A DNA stretch of 64,000 bases, taken from assembly GCA_016704445.1 (NCBI GenBank), contig JADJAE010000151.1, forward strand, positions 26,099 to 90,098. Reading direction: 5' to 3'. A program made the translations under genes and the position numbers. Positions 38,377 to 48,579 of this stretch are shown here, one piece after another. Position 1 is the stretch's first letter. Each line of letters begins with the position of its first letter. The stretch is from Deltaproteobacteria bacterium (lineage in GTDB: Bacteria > Myxococcota_A > Polyangia > Polyangiales > Ga0077539). The notes beneath the pieces are model-generated. The model did not search any database, was not told the origin of the DNA, and was given only the letters and a program-made list of their open reading frames with translations.

Positions 38377-38432
38377 AGTATGCCGTCGGGCGCTTGGCGT
38401 CCCCGACGGTGTTTTGCTCCTACGCCGCGCTG

Positions 38433-38765
38433 ATGGCCACCTCGCGGGTGATCCTGCGGCATCTAACCCACGACTCGCTCGAGCAGGTGGCCGCGGGGGC
38501 CTCATTCGGGTGCTGGTCGCGCCGAACGCGCTGGAACTCTCCGCGGGCTCGGAGTTCCGGAATCGCCTTCGGCACCCGAGCGACGAACTACTGCGGTATC
38601 TGTACGACTGCGTCCGCCTTGATCGACAGCTGCGAAGCGGACGCCGACCTCGGCGCGGAGACGGCCTGGCTCGCCGAGATCGCGCAGCGCGCCGTGCGGG
38701 TGCGAGTCGATGGGCCGGTCGGCATCCCGTGGTCGACGGTGAAGGCTGAGCTCCTCGCGAAGTGA
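38433..38765 (+). CDS. Putative addiction-module antitoxin (Unstab_antitox-like C-terminus); no cognate toxin gene seen
   Basis: The C-terminal ...LIDSCEADADLGAETAWLAEIAQRAVRVRVDGPVGIPWSTVKAELLAK matches the family pattern SL..d....e.aW.aEi.rR...i..G....ipw..v. The N-terminal extent is uncertain; I chose the ATG at 38433. Confidence 0.4.
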   Translation: MATSRVILRHLTHDSLEQVAAGASFGCWSRRTRWNSPRARSSGIAFGTRATNYCGICTTASALIDSCEADADLGAETAWLAEIAQRAVRVRVDGPVGIPWSTVKAELLAK

Positions 38766-39008
38766 CCCCTGGCGGCGCCGAGTCGTCGGACGACGAACTC
38801 GCTCATCGGCGTCAACGGTGGGCCGTCCGTCGCGCCCGTCGGCCGCCCTTGTCTCCCCCGCCGTCGCGCTCGCCGTCCACCTCGCCTCCACCCCCCTCGC
38901 ACCCCGCACCGCCCCCCCCGCGTACACCCTCCGCCCCTTCCGCCGCTCTCCCCCATTCGGGTCATTTCCCTCCGCCGCTCCCGCTATCCTCTCTCCTCCA
39001 TCTCCGCC

Positions 39009-42000
39009 ATGCACCCGCTCTCCCCGCTCGCGCCCGGTCTCTCCGTCGGCCCCTACACGCTCCTGCGCCACCTCGCGCGCGGCGGAACCTCCGACGTCTA
39101 CGTCGCCCGCCTCGCCACCACTCCCGACGCCGCGCCCGTCGCCCTGAAGCTCCTCTCCCCGCTCTCTCCCGCCGATCGCCAGCGCGCCGAGCGCGAGGCC
39201 GCCATCGCCGCCTCGCTCTCCCACCCGCACATCGCCGCCCTCCTCGACCACGGCCACGCCACCCTCTCCATCGACCCCTCCTCGCCGTCCCTCTTCCTCG
39301 CGCTCGAGCTCCTCCGCGGCGAGACCCTCTCCCGCCCGCCTCGTCCGCGCGCCGCTCTCCCCGTCGACGCCATCGCCCTCGGCCTCCAGCTCGCCGACGC
39401 CCTCGACCACGCCCACCAGCGCGGCGTCATCCATCGCGACCTCAAGCCCTCCAACGTCTTCCTCTGTTCGTCCCCCTCCGCCCCCTCTGCGTCCGATGCC
39501 CTCTTCGCGAAGCTCCTCGACTTCGGCGTGGCCCGCCGCTCCTCCGCCGCCTCCACCACCCCCACCGGCGCCCTCGTCGGAACCCCCGCGTACATGTCCC
39601 CCGAGCAGGTGCGCGGCGACCGCGACATCGACCCCCGCACCGACCTCTGGTCCCTCGGCGTCACCCTCTTCGAGGCCCTCTCCCAGCGCCTCCCCTTCGA
39701 CGCCGACACCACCCTCGCGATCCTCTTCCGCATCGCCTTCGACCCCGCGCCTCGCCTCGACGCGCTCCGCCCCGACCTTCCCCCCGCGCTCTGCGCCATC
39801 GTCCACCGCTGCCTCGCCCGCGACCGCGACGCCCGCTTCCCCTCGGCCGCCTCGGTCGCCGCCGCGCTCCGTGCGCTGCCGCCGCTCTCCTCCATCGCCT
39901 CGCTCTCCTCCGAGCCTGGCGCCGCGCCGCTCCCCGAGGAGGTGCGCCTCGTCACCGCCGTGCTCGCCCGCGGCGTCCGCGACCACGGCCTCCTCGAGCG
40001 CCTCGCCCGCGAGCTCGACGCCCGCTACACGCTGCTCCCCGACGCCACCGCCCTCGTCGCCTTCGGCCTCGACCGCTGGACCGGCGACGAGGCCCACCGC
40101 GCCCTCCGCCTCGCCCGCGCCGCGTCCTTCACCGCCGACCACGTCGGCGTCGCCACGGGCCACTCCGTCCCCACCGCCATCACCAGCCTCGCTCGCTCCG
40201 TCGCCGACCTCGCCCTCGCCGCCTCCGCGCTCCCAGGCCTCGGCCTCGACGCCACCACCGCCTCCCTCCTCCGCGCGTCCACCCCCCTCTCCCTCCGCCC
40301 CGACGGAACCTCCTCCCCGCTCCCCGCCGACCCCGCCTCCTCCGCCACGCCCTCCGACGCCCCGCCCTTCGTCGGCCGCAGCACCGACCTCGCGATCCTC
40401 CTCGACGCCCACGACCTCGCCACGTCCTCCCTCCGCCCCGCCGCCGCGCTGCTCCTCGGCGTCGCGGGCATCGGCAAGACCCGCACCCTCGACGAGGCCC
40501 TCCGCCGCCTCGCCGCCACCTCCGCCGCCCACATCCTCCGGGTGCGCTGCGACCGCGCCCGCCGCGACGCCCCCATGGCCGCCCTGAGAGAGGCCCTCGC
40601 CGCGGTCGATCCCCTCGTGGCCGCCGCGCTCTCTCCGCGCGCCGCCGTGCGCGACCCGCAGGTGGCCCTCGACGGCGCCCTCGGGGCCCTCTCCGCCGTC
40701 CTCCGAGGCCTCTCCCGCGATGCGCCCGTCGTGCTCGCCATCGACGACGCCCACTGGCTCGACGCCTCCTCCCGCGCGCTGCTCGCCTCCCTCTGCGACG
40801 CCCCCGATGCCCCCGCCCTCGCGCTCTGGATGACCGCCGACCCCGACGCCGCCACCCAGCTCCGCGACCTCGTCGCCGCCACCTCCACCCGCACGCTCTC
40901 CCCCCTCCCACGAGAGTCCGCCGCGGCCATGGTCGCCTCCGTCCTCGGCCGCCCGGACGCCGATCTCGTCGACCGCGGCGAGGGCAACCCCCTCTTCCTC
41001 GAAGCCCTCGCTCGACTCGCGCTCGACCCCTCTCACGACGACGTGATCCCCCCGGGCATCGAGGCGACGCACCGCGCGGCGCTCGACCGCCTCGGCGCCA
41101 GCGAGCGCGATTTCGTCAAGCGCACCAGCGTCTTCGGCCGCACCGCCTGGCTCGAAGGAGCCGTCGACCTCGGCGCCTCCCCCGCGCCCCTCGACGCCCT
41201 CCGCCGCCGCGCGCTGCTCTCGGTGAAGCCCGACTCGCGCCTCGCCCGCTGCACCGAGCTGGAGTTTCGCAGCGCCCTCCTCGCCGACGTCGCCCACGGC
41301 CTCTGGCCTCCCGGCGAGCGCGCCTCGCTCCACGGCCAGGCCGCCGCATGGCTCTCCGCCCACGACGACGTCACCCCCGAGGAGCTCGGTCCCCACTGGC
41401 TGCTCGCCGAGCTCCCCGAGCGAGCCGCGCAGGCGTGGTCCGTCGCGGCCGAGCGCGCCGCGGCGCTGGGAGCGACCCGCGCCGTCTGCGAGCACGCCGC
41501 CAGGGTGCTCTCGCTCACCCGACGCCCCGAGGCCCGCTGGCGAGCGCTCACCGCCCGAGACACCGCCCTCCAGCTCGCCGGCGACCGCGCCCTGCAGCGC
41601 GAGGGCCTCACGCTCCTCGACGAGCTCGCCGCCTCGATGGACCCCGCGGCCCGCGCCGAGGTGCAGTGGCGCTGGTGCCACCACGCGCGCATGGTCGACG
41701 ACGTCGCCCACGCCGAGCGCGCGGGCCGATCGGCCGAGGCGCTCTCCCCCCCGGGAGCGCGCTGGGGAGCCGCCGCCACCATGGAGCTCGCGCTGCTCTA
41801 CGCCGACCGCGGCCGCATCGCCGAGGCCCGAGAGCGCGCCGCCGCCGCGATGAGCGCCGCGCTGGGCGTCGACGACCCGTGGCTGCAGGCCCGCGCCGCG
41901 CATACGCTCGCGTACGTGCTGCTGGAGGAGGGCTCCGACTTCGACCGGGCGCTGCGCCTCTACCGCGACGCCGCCGCGGGCTACCAGCGCACCGGCGACC

Positions 42001-42668
42001 GTCGACGCGAGGCCATCGCGCTCCTCAACGGCGGCGCCGCGCTGGCGCAGGTGGGCCGCTTCGGCGACGCCCTCGACGCCTTCGACGAGGCCCGCTCGCT
42101 GGCGCTGCGCGTCGGCAACGCCCGCACCGCGGCCGTCTCGCTGGAGAACCGCGGGGCCGTGCGTCGCGCGCTCGGAGAGCACCGCCCCGCGGAGGACGAC
42201 CTGGCGCTCGCGCTCGCCGAGGCCGCGCGCCTCGGGCACCGGAGGCTGGCCGAGGCCGCGCGCATCGAGCGGCTCTACCTCGCGCTGGCCACCGACGCGG
42301 ATGCCTCCACCCTGCGCGCTCGATGCGAGGAGGTCGCCTCGGTCGCGGCGGAGGCCGAGGCGCCCGCGCAGGCCGCATCGGCGGTCGCGGCGGCGCTACG
42401 GGCCGGCGCCCGACTGGGAGACACGGTGGCCCCGATGATCGATCGGGCGAGGGCGATGCTCAAAGCGCTGACGCCGCAGCCGATGCTCGCCGCCGAGCTG
42501 CTCGTCGCGCTCTGGGAGGTCGACGGTCGCCGCGCGACCGACGAGAGGGCCTTCGCGGCGGCGCTCTCGGCCTACGCCGACGGCGCGGGCAACGACGCCG
42601 ACCGGGGCGTCCGGCGGAGGGGCTTCGCGCGGCGCTTCATGGTGCCCGAGGGGCTGCAGCCGGGCTGA
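39009..42668 (+). CDS. Ser/Thr protein kinase fused to a P-loop NTPase and TPR-like repeats (STAND-type)
   Basis: 1219 aa. The kinase domain shows GGTSDVYVA, VALK, VIHRDLKPSNVFL, DFGVAR and GTPAYMSPE. The Walker A is LLLGVAGIGKTRTL. The long helical C-terminus has TPR-like periodicity. Confidence 0.85.
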   Translation: MHPLSPLAPGLSVGPYTLLRHLARGGTSDVYVARLATTPDAAPVALKLLSPLSPADRQRAEREAAIAASLSHPHIAALLDHGHATLSIDPSSPSLFLALELLRGETLSRPPRPRAALPVDAIALGLQLADALDHAHQRGVIHRDLKPSNVFLCSSPSAPSASDALFAKLLDFGVARRSSAASTTPTGALVGTPAYMSPEQVRGDRDIDPRTDLWSLGVTLFEALSQRLPFDADTTLAILFRIAFDPAPRLDALRPDLPPALCAIVHRCLARDRDARFPSAASVAAALRALPPLSSIASLSSEPGAAPLPEEVRLVTAVLARGVRDHGLLERLARELDARYTLLPDATALVAFGLDRWTGDEAHRALRLARAASFTADHVGVATGHSVPTAITSLARSVADLALAASALPGLGLDATTASLLRASTPLSLRPDGTSSPLPADPASSATPSDAPPFVGRSTDLAILLDAHDLATSSLRPAAALLLGVAGIGKTRTLDEALRRLAATSAAHILRVRCDRARRDAPMAALREALAAVDPLVAAALSPRAAVRDPQVALDGALGALSAVLRGLSRDAPVVLAIDDAHWLDASSRALLASLCDAPDAPALALWMTADPDAATQLRDLVAATSTRTLSPLPRESAAAMVASVLGRPDADLVDRGEGNPLFLEALARLALDPSHDDVIPPGIEATHRAALDRLGASERDFVKRTSVFGRTAWLEGAVDLGASPAPLDALRRRALLSVKPDSRLARCTELEFRSALLADVAHGLWPPGERASLHGQAAAWLSAHDDVTPEELGPHWLLAELPERAAQAWSVAAERAAALGATRAVCEHAARVLSLTRRPEARWRALTARDTALQLAGDRALQREGLTLLDELAASMDPAARAEVQWRWCHHARMVDDVAHAERAGRSAEALSPPGARWGAAATMELALLYADRGRIAEARERAAAAMSAALGVDDPWLQARAAHTLAYVLLEEGSDFDRALRLYRDAAAGYQRTGDRRREAIALLNGGAALAQVGRFGDALDAFDEARSLALRVGNARTAAVSLENRGAVRRALGEHRPAEDDLALALAEAARLGHRRLAEAARIERLYLALATDADASTLRARCEEVASVAAEAEAPAQAASAVAAALRAGARLGDTVAPMIDRARAMLKALTPQPMLAAELLVALWEVDGRRATDERAFAAALSAYADGAGNDADRGVRRRGFARRFMVPEGLQPG

Positions 42669-42681
42669 GGGCGGCTGCCCA

Positions 42682-43056
42682 CCTACAGACGTCTGTAGCT
42701 GCACCTACAGAGGTCTGTAGGTGGGGAGTCCCCGGTACGACCGCGAGGCCGTCAGCGAGGAGTCCCCGGTACGACCGCGAGGCCGCCAGCGAGGAGTCCC
42801 CGGTACGACCGCGAGGCCGCCAGTAACCCGAGCCAGACCCCAGCCCGTAAGGGCGGGGGAGAGACCTACCACCCTACCAGTCGTCGTCCGGAGACGTGGT
42901 CGGTTTCCGGGCAGAGGCGGCGTCAGAATTCCGCGCTGGGCCGGCGTGGTAGGTCGCTCCCGCTCCCTCACGGTCGCGGTCTGGCTCTGGTCGCTGACGG
43001 CCTCGCGGTCGTACCGGGGACTCCTCGCTGACGGCCTCGCGGTCGTACCGGGGAAG
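42682..43056. repeat. Composite palindromic repeat array (BIME or MITE-like)
   Basis: Two hairpins: ctacagac/gtctgtag (42682-42697) and cacctacaga-gg-tctgtaggtg (42701-42722). Three direct 34-bp units gagtccccggtacgaccgcgaggccg(t/c)cagcgag span 42725-42826. An imperfectly palindromic core follows (gagccagacc...ggtctggctc; gacctaccac...gtggtaggtc). Two inverted 34-bp units span 42989-43056. Confidence 0.9.
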
Positions 43057-43155
43057 CGAAAGGGGCTCCGCTGCGATGTGTAGAAGGGAAAGGGTTTCCA
43101 ACCCGCGGGCACAGCGGACGACCCTACGGACTGCGTTCGGGCTGAACGCGGCCTC

Positions 43156-45018
43156 TCAGCGCCCCGCGAAGGTGCGCCCGCTGTCTTCGGACACCATCAG
43201 CACCCGGTACGGCGTCTTCGTCTCGACCACCCTGGTCGCCGGGGGGTTGTTCCCCTCCGCCGTCGCGCCAGGAACCGGCTCGGTGCGCTGGGTGATCGCG
43301 TCGCCCTCGATCCACGCCGCCAGCGCCCGACCCTGAGACACGCCTCGCAGCGCCCGCACCGAGCGCACCGTGTTGGCCGCAGGGACCAGCGATCCCACGT
43401 AGCCGCCGGGCTCCCACTGCGTCGACTGCAGCGGCCGCCGCCAGGCCCGCAGTGCCACCGGGTGCGCCGCGATCGCCACCAGGCCGTCGTCGACCAGCAG
43501 CACCTCGCGCAGCCGGGCGCCACGGTCGTAGGGCAGCATCGGAACCGTCTCCACCGTAGGCTCCCTCCCCACCGGGAAGGTCACCACCACCGTGTGCGCC
43601 TCCATCGTCGGCGGGTCGCTCACCATCAGCGCGCGCCCCGCGTCGCAGCGCAGCGTCGGGTCGAGGCCCCACGCGCCCGCCGTCGTGGCCTGCGCCACCC
43701 GCAGCTGCTCTCCCTCGATGCGCAGCACCGCGACCCCGGAGGCGCCCACCAGGGCCACGTAGCGCACGCCGTCCGACCCGCAGGTGAGCAGCCGCTGCAC
43801 CGAAGGGAACACCACCGGCTCGCGCCTCGGCCCCGGCGTCACCGTGAGCCCGGCCGGGGTGACCGCGACGACGTGCTGCTCCACCGCGAGGTCGAGCGCC
43901 CTCGGCCGCAGCGTGGTCACCCGCCAGCGCGTGGCGTCGAGCGGCTCTGGCGCGACCACGGCCCCCATCTGGCTCTCCGGGGCGCCCAGGGTGACGGCTT
44001 CGGACCACCGCCCCGGCTCGTCGAAGCGCACCGCCCGCAGCCTCACGGTGCCCTGGGTGCGGGTCAGCCACGCGAGGCCGTCGGGGCTCGCCGCGGCCTG
44101 CCAGTCGAAGGCCTCCCCGCGGCGCGTGACGCCGGGCTCGTCGGGAAGGGCGATGACCCGGGTCGACGGCTCGAGCGGGATCACCGCGCCGCCGTGCTCC
44201 GTCGAGGCCCTCAGCACGCCGCCGCGAGGAGGCTCCCTCCAGGCCACGGCGGCGCCCACCTCGGTGTCGTTGAGGGAGCGACGGTCGAAGTCCACCCGGT
44301 GCGTGCGCCCGTCGACCAGCGATCGGTAGAAGTACACCGTCGGGGAGGCCAGCACCGCCTGCTCGTGGGCGGCCGGCACGTCGCGCCACCGGGGGACCTC
44401 CGGCGGCGGAGGCATCGGAAACTGCTCCTGCCGCAGGGGGAAGGGGGTCCATCGGTCGCGGGTGCCCAGGGAGAGGTTGCGCACGTCGGTGAAGAGCGAC
44501 GCGAGCTGCGAGGGGAGGGTGCCGTCGTCGGCGATGCGCATCAGCCCGGTCTGCCAGGCCACCGCGCGGCTCGCGGGGTCGTCTCCGGGGCGGGCGAAGC
44601 CGAAGCGCGGCGGCGTCGGGCGCTGCAGGGCGCGGCGCAGCCGAACGATGGTGCTGGAGGTGTTGGGCGAGCGCTGCGAGGCCGACTGCAGCCGCTGGTC
44701 GAGCTCGTCGAGCGGGGCCACGCAGCGCGAGGGCCAGTCGTGCGCGAGCGACCCGGAGGCGTGCATCTGGAGCCACGAGGCGATGCGGGAGGTCCACCGG
44801 GCCTGCTGCGCGGCGGGGTCGTCCTCACGGAGGATCCAGGAGACGTCGGGGCCGAAGAGGCAGGTGGCCAGGGCGCGGGCGCTCTCCGCCGCGGGACCGT
44901 CGCGGCGGATGACCTGCTGCTCGTGGCGCGTCCACTGCCGGCGGGTGAGGACGGCCACCGTGATGAGCACGAAGAAGGCCCACGAACCCCGAGACGGTCG
45001 GACCTTGAACAATGCCAT
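43156..45018 (-). CDS. N-terminally anchored protein of unknown function with a terminal BNR/Asp-box-like motif
   Basis: 620 aa. TM anchor WAFFVLITVAVL. SEDSGRTF near the C-terminus fits SxDxGxTW/F. Nothing else recognisable. Confidence 0.55.
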   Translation of the reverse strand: MALFKVRPSRGSWAFFVLITVAVLTRRQWTRHEQQVIRRDGPAAESARALATCLFGPDVSWILREDDPAAQQARWTSRIASWLQMHASGSLAHDWPSRCVAPLDELDQRLQSASQRSPNTSSTIVRLRRALQRPTPPRFGFARPGDDPASRAVAWQTGLMRIADDGTLPSQLASLFTDVRNLSLGTRDRWTPFPLRQEQFPMPPPPEVPRWRDVPAAHEQAVLASPTVYFYRSLVDGRTHRVDFDRRSLNDTEVGAAVAWREPPRGGVLRASTEHGGAVIPLEPSTRVIALPDEPGVTRRGEAFDWQAAASPDGLAWLTRTQGTVRLRAVRFDEPGRWSEAVTLGAPESQMGAVVAPEPLDATRWRVTTLRPRALDLAVEQHVVAVTPAGLTVTPGPRREPVVFPSVQRLLTCGSDGVRYVALVGASGVAVLRIEGEQLRVAQATTAGAWGLDPTLRCDAGRALMVSDPPTMEAHTVVVTFPVGREPTVETVPMLPYDRGARLREVLLVDDGLVAIAAHPVALRAWRRPLQSTQWEPGGYVGSLVPAANTVRSVRALRGVSQGRALAAWIEGDAITQRTEPVPGATAEGNNPPATRVVETKTPYRVLMVSEDSGRTFAGR

Positions 45019-45140
45019 CGCGCGTGGCGAACCCTACCAACTGCCCTCCCGGCGCGCCAACCCCGACGGCGCATCGGGCACCCGGATGTCGACGCGGCGG
45101 TTGCGCCCGTCGCCGCCGGGGTGCGAGCGTGGCCGATCGC

Positions 45141-47386
45141 ATGAAGATCCCCGCCCCGTGGAGCCCCGCGCGCGGGCAGAGCCTCCTCGCGTTGACGGTC
45201 CTGCTGGTGGCCACGCTGCTCCCGTACCCCGCGCTGCTCACCTTCGACGCGGTGCACGTCCCCGACGACGTCTTCGTGTCCGACCTCTTCGGGGGCGAGC
45301 TCCCGCAGCGCGTGTCCGTCGGCCGCATGCTGCGCGCCGGGAGCCTCCCCACCTGGGAGCCGTCCCTCTACGGCGGCATGCCGCTCATGGGCGCCGACCC
45401 GATCGGCATCCTCTGCTTCGGGCTCATTGCGCGACCCGCGGCGGCCCTCGACGCCTTCCTGCTCGTCGTGCTCCTCGGGGCGTCGCTGGGCGGCTACGCG
45501 CTCGCGCGCAGGGTGGGCGCGTCTCGCCCGGGCGCCGTGCTGGCCGGCTTCGCGTGGGCTCACTCCGGCGTGATGACCGCGCAGCTCCGCCACACCGGCA
45601 TCGTCGCCACCATCGCGTGGACCCCGCTCGCGCTAGCCCTCCTCGACCGCGCGCTCGCGCCCCCGACGCGTCCTCCGGGTGCCCCGCGGCGCAGCACGCC
45701 CGGCGCCTCGTGGCCTTCGCGATCGTGCTCGGGGCGCAGACCCTCTCGGGCTTCCCGCAGGCCGTCTACGCCGCGCTCATGGCCTACGCCGTGTGGTCGA
45801 TCGGCCGCCTCGCCTCGTGGCCTCTCGACGCGCGCGCTCGCTTCCCGTGGGCGCGCGTGTCGGCGCTCGCCCTCGGCTTCGGCGTGGCCTGCGCCCTGGG
45901 TCTGCTCATGGGTGCCGCGGCGCTCCTGCCGACGCGCGAGCTCGCCTCGCTGTCCGACCGCGCGGGGGGCGTGAGCTGGTCCTTCGCGTCGCACGCCACC
46001 TACTGGCCGAGGGCGGCGCTCAGCTTCCTCCTGCCGCACATCAACGGCGACGCCAGCGACGGCACCTACCGCGGCCCCGACCTCTTCTGGGAGTCCTACG
46101 GCTACGTCGGCCTCGCGACCGCGGCGCTCGCCGTGGGCGCCGCCGTCGCGGGGTGGCGCGGCCGGGTCGAGCGCACCCTGCTGGCCGTCGCCGCGCTGGC
46201 CTACCTCTTCGTGCTCGGCGCCAACACGCCCTTCTACCGCCTCGCCTGGGAGCACCTCCCAGCCTTCCGCGGCTTCCGCTTTCCGACGCGCTTTCTCTTC
46301 CTCGTCGAGATCGCCCTGGTCACCCTCGCCGCCCTCGGGCTCACCCGCTTCGAGCGCTGGTACGCCGCGCGCGCGTCAGCTTCGCGCGCCCTCGCAGCGA
46401 CCGCCGCGGTGGTCGCCCTCGTGGTGCTCGACCTCTGCGCGTGGCAGCCGCGGCAGAACCCCTTCGTGTCGGGCTCCGCGTGGCTCGAGGCCCCGGAGAG
46501 CGCGCGCACTCTCCGCCGCGAGGCGCAGCTCGGGCGCATCGTGTCGCTGGGCGCCTCCGAGGCGCACCTCGAGGCCTACAACCGCGGCCCCGGCTGGCGC
46601 TCGCTCGACCCCTTCTTCGCGCAGCGCGAGTCGATCGAGCCCAACACCCAGGCGCTCTGGGGCTTCGACGCCGCCAACGGCTATCACCCGCTCCCCTTGC
46701 GAGGCCCGCTCTTCGTGTGGGGGCAGTACGGCGTGCTCTTCAGCGGGGTCGGCGGGAGGCTGCACCACGTCGATCCGACCCGCGTCGTGGCGCGCCCCTT
46801 CTTCGCCTCGCTGCTCGCGATGCAGGGGGTGACGCACGTGCTGGCGCCGGTCCCCATCGCCGACCCGCGCTTCGAGCGGGTGCCGTCGCGCTCGCCTTGG
46901 CTCGTCTACCGGCTGACCGATCCTCTGGGGCGCGCCTGGTACGCCGACGGCGCCGAGGCGATCGCCGACCGTCGTGACGCCCTCGCGCGCGCGCAGCGAC
47001 CGGGCTACGACCCGCGGCGCACGGTGCTGGTGCGCGACCCCACTGGCGCGGTGACGCCCTCGGAGGGAGCGGCGCCCGGCGCCACGGTGTCGTGGCGTCG
47101 CCCGGAGGCGCACCGCATCGAGGTGAGCGTCGACGCCGCGCGGGCCGGGTGGCTGGTGCTCGCCGAGAGCTGGCACCCCGACTGGGAGGTCACCGTCGAC
47201 GGCCGCGCCCGCGCGCCCGTGGAGGCGCACCTCGTCGGTCAGGCCGTGCGCATCGAGCCCGGCCGACACCTCGTGCGATGGCGCTTCCGGGGAACCTCCC
47301 TGCGCCGAGGCGTCGCCGTGTCGCTCACGGCGCTGGGGTTGCTCCTGGCGATCGCGGCGGCGGCGCGATCGCGACGGCCATCATGA
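45141..47386 (+). CDS. YfhO-family polytopic membrane protein with a broken frame near 45660-45700
   Basis: From the ATG at 45141, MKIPAPWSPARGQSLLALTVLLVATLL... runs in frame 0 to about LLDRALAP. The remainder lies in ORF 44462..47386 (RRLVAFAIVLGAQTLSGFPQ...). The C-terminus ESWHPDWEVTVDGRARAP...GRHLVRWRF is typical of YfhO. Confidence 0.7.
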
Positions 47387-48572
47387 GCGCAGGGCCGAGC
47401 GGCTCGAAGTAGTTGAGGTGGCTCATCTTGTTGAAGGCGAGGAAGACCAGGTCGGCCAGGACGAAGGCGCGCAGCGCGGAGGAGGCGTCGCCCCGGCGGG
47501 CGGAGCGCAGCGACCACGCGACCAGCGCCGCCCCGAGCGCGTACCACGCGGGCCGGAGCGCGGCGGGGATCCACCCGGCCAGCGCCGACCGCTCCACGTC
47601 ATGGGCGACGGCGTAGAAGAGCAGCGTGGCGGAGGCGAAGTCCGTGGCGCCCGCGAGCAGCGCCGGGGCGAAGACCAGCAGCATCGTGAGCGTCGCGCCC
47701 AGGGCGAAGCGACGCCGTGCCTCGGGGTCGTCGTAGAGCGCGACGCCCAGCGAGGCGAGCACCAGCGCGCCCGGGAAGAGCTTCATCCCGAAGCTGGCGG
47801 CGGCGAGGACCCCGGCGAGGGCGTAGCGTCTGCGCTCGTGGGCCGCGAAGGCCAGCAGCAGCAGCGGGGCGATCACGAGGTCCGTCGAGCACTCCTCGAA
47901 GAGCTGGAAGCCCAGCACCGGGTTGCATAGCAGCGCCGCCCAGGCCGCGGTGAAGGCGAGGGTGCGGGAGCCGGGGGGGCGCAGCGCGCGCACCAGAACG
48001 GCGGAGGCGAGCAGGGTGGCGGCGAGGGCCGCGAGGAGGGTCGCCCGCAGCGACGCGACGCCGTCGAGGAAGGCGGTGGCGGGGACGAAGGCCGCGGCCA
48101 TCAGCGGGAAGTAGGGGTAGCCGTAGCGGTAGGGGACGCCCCGGAGGGTGACCGCTCCGTCGGCGCGGCGGACGACGCCCCGAGAGGGCTCGTGGACGAT
48201 CTCGGTGCGCTGGCAGCGGAGCCGGTAGGGGTTGTCGCCTCGCAGCAGGGCGGAGGCGGCGCAGTGGGTGTTGTCGCCGATGTCGAGCACCGTCGAGCGG
48301 AAGTCGCGGAAGTGCGCGGCGTCCTGCCAGGAGCGGACGAGGTCGAGGGAGCCGACGGCGATCCAGACGAGGAGGGCGGCGGTAAGCAGTCGGGCGGCGC
48401 GAGGGGGGACCGTCGCCGACCAGCGGGCCAGGAGCGAGGCGGGGAGGGCGAGGACGGCGGCGAGCCCGAGGGTGAGCGCGCCGAGCCTCAGCCCGTCGAA
48501 GTGCTGACTGCCTTGGAGGAGGTGCCAGAGCGCGGCGAGGGCCGCGAGGCGGAGGAGCCCTGACCAGGGCAT
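47325..48572 (-). CDS. Polytopic membrane protein, GT87/DUF2029-like glycosyltransferase
   Basis: 415 aa with more than 8 TM segments. YRYGYPYFPLMAAAF loop. The last gene of a minus-strand operon. The 3' end overlaps convergent yfhO by about 60 nt. Confidence 0.5.
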   Translation of the reverse strand: MPWSGLLRLAALAALWHLLQGSQHFDGLRLGALTLGLAAVLALPASLLARWSATVPPRAARLLTAALLVWIAVGSLDLVRSWQDAAHFRDFRSTVLDIGDNTHCAASALLRGDNPYRLRCQRTEIVHEPSRGVVRRADGAVTLRGVPYRYGYPYFPLMAAAFVPATAFLDGVASLRATLLAALAATLLASAVLVRALRPPGSRTLAFTAAWAALLCNPVLGFQLFEECSTDLVIAPLLLLAFAAHERRRYALAGVLAAASFGMKLFPGALVLASLGVALYDDPEARRRFALGATLTMLLVFAPALLAGATDFASATLLFYAVAHDVERSALAGWIPAALRPAWYALGAALVAWSLRSARRGDASSALRAFVLADLVFLAFNKMSHLNYFEPLGPALMMAVAIAPPPRSPGATPAP

Positions 48573-48579
48573 CGGAGGA

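Noticed and set aside
38502-42826. Giant ORFs 38502..42239 (minus, 1245 aa) and 38762..42826 (plus, 1354 aa) overlapping the kinase gene
   Set aside because: Their products are Arg/Gly/Pro/Ala low-complexity strings with no motifs. This is typical of stop-poor off-frames in very GC-rich DNA. The 39009..42668 frame carries complete kinase, P-loop and TPR signatures.
44462-45140. 5' extension of the 974-aa ORF 44462..47386
   Set aside because: The extension is antisense to the 43156..45018 gene and reads as low complexity. The YfhO N-terminus (MKIPAPWSP...) starts at 45141 in another frame.
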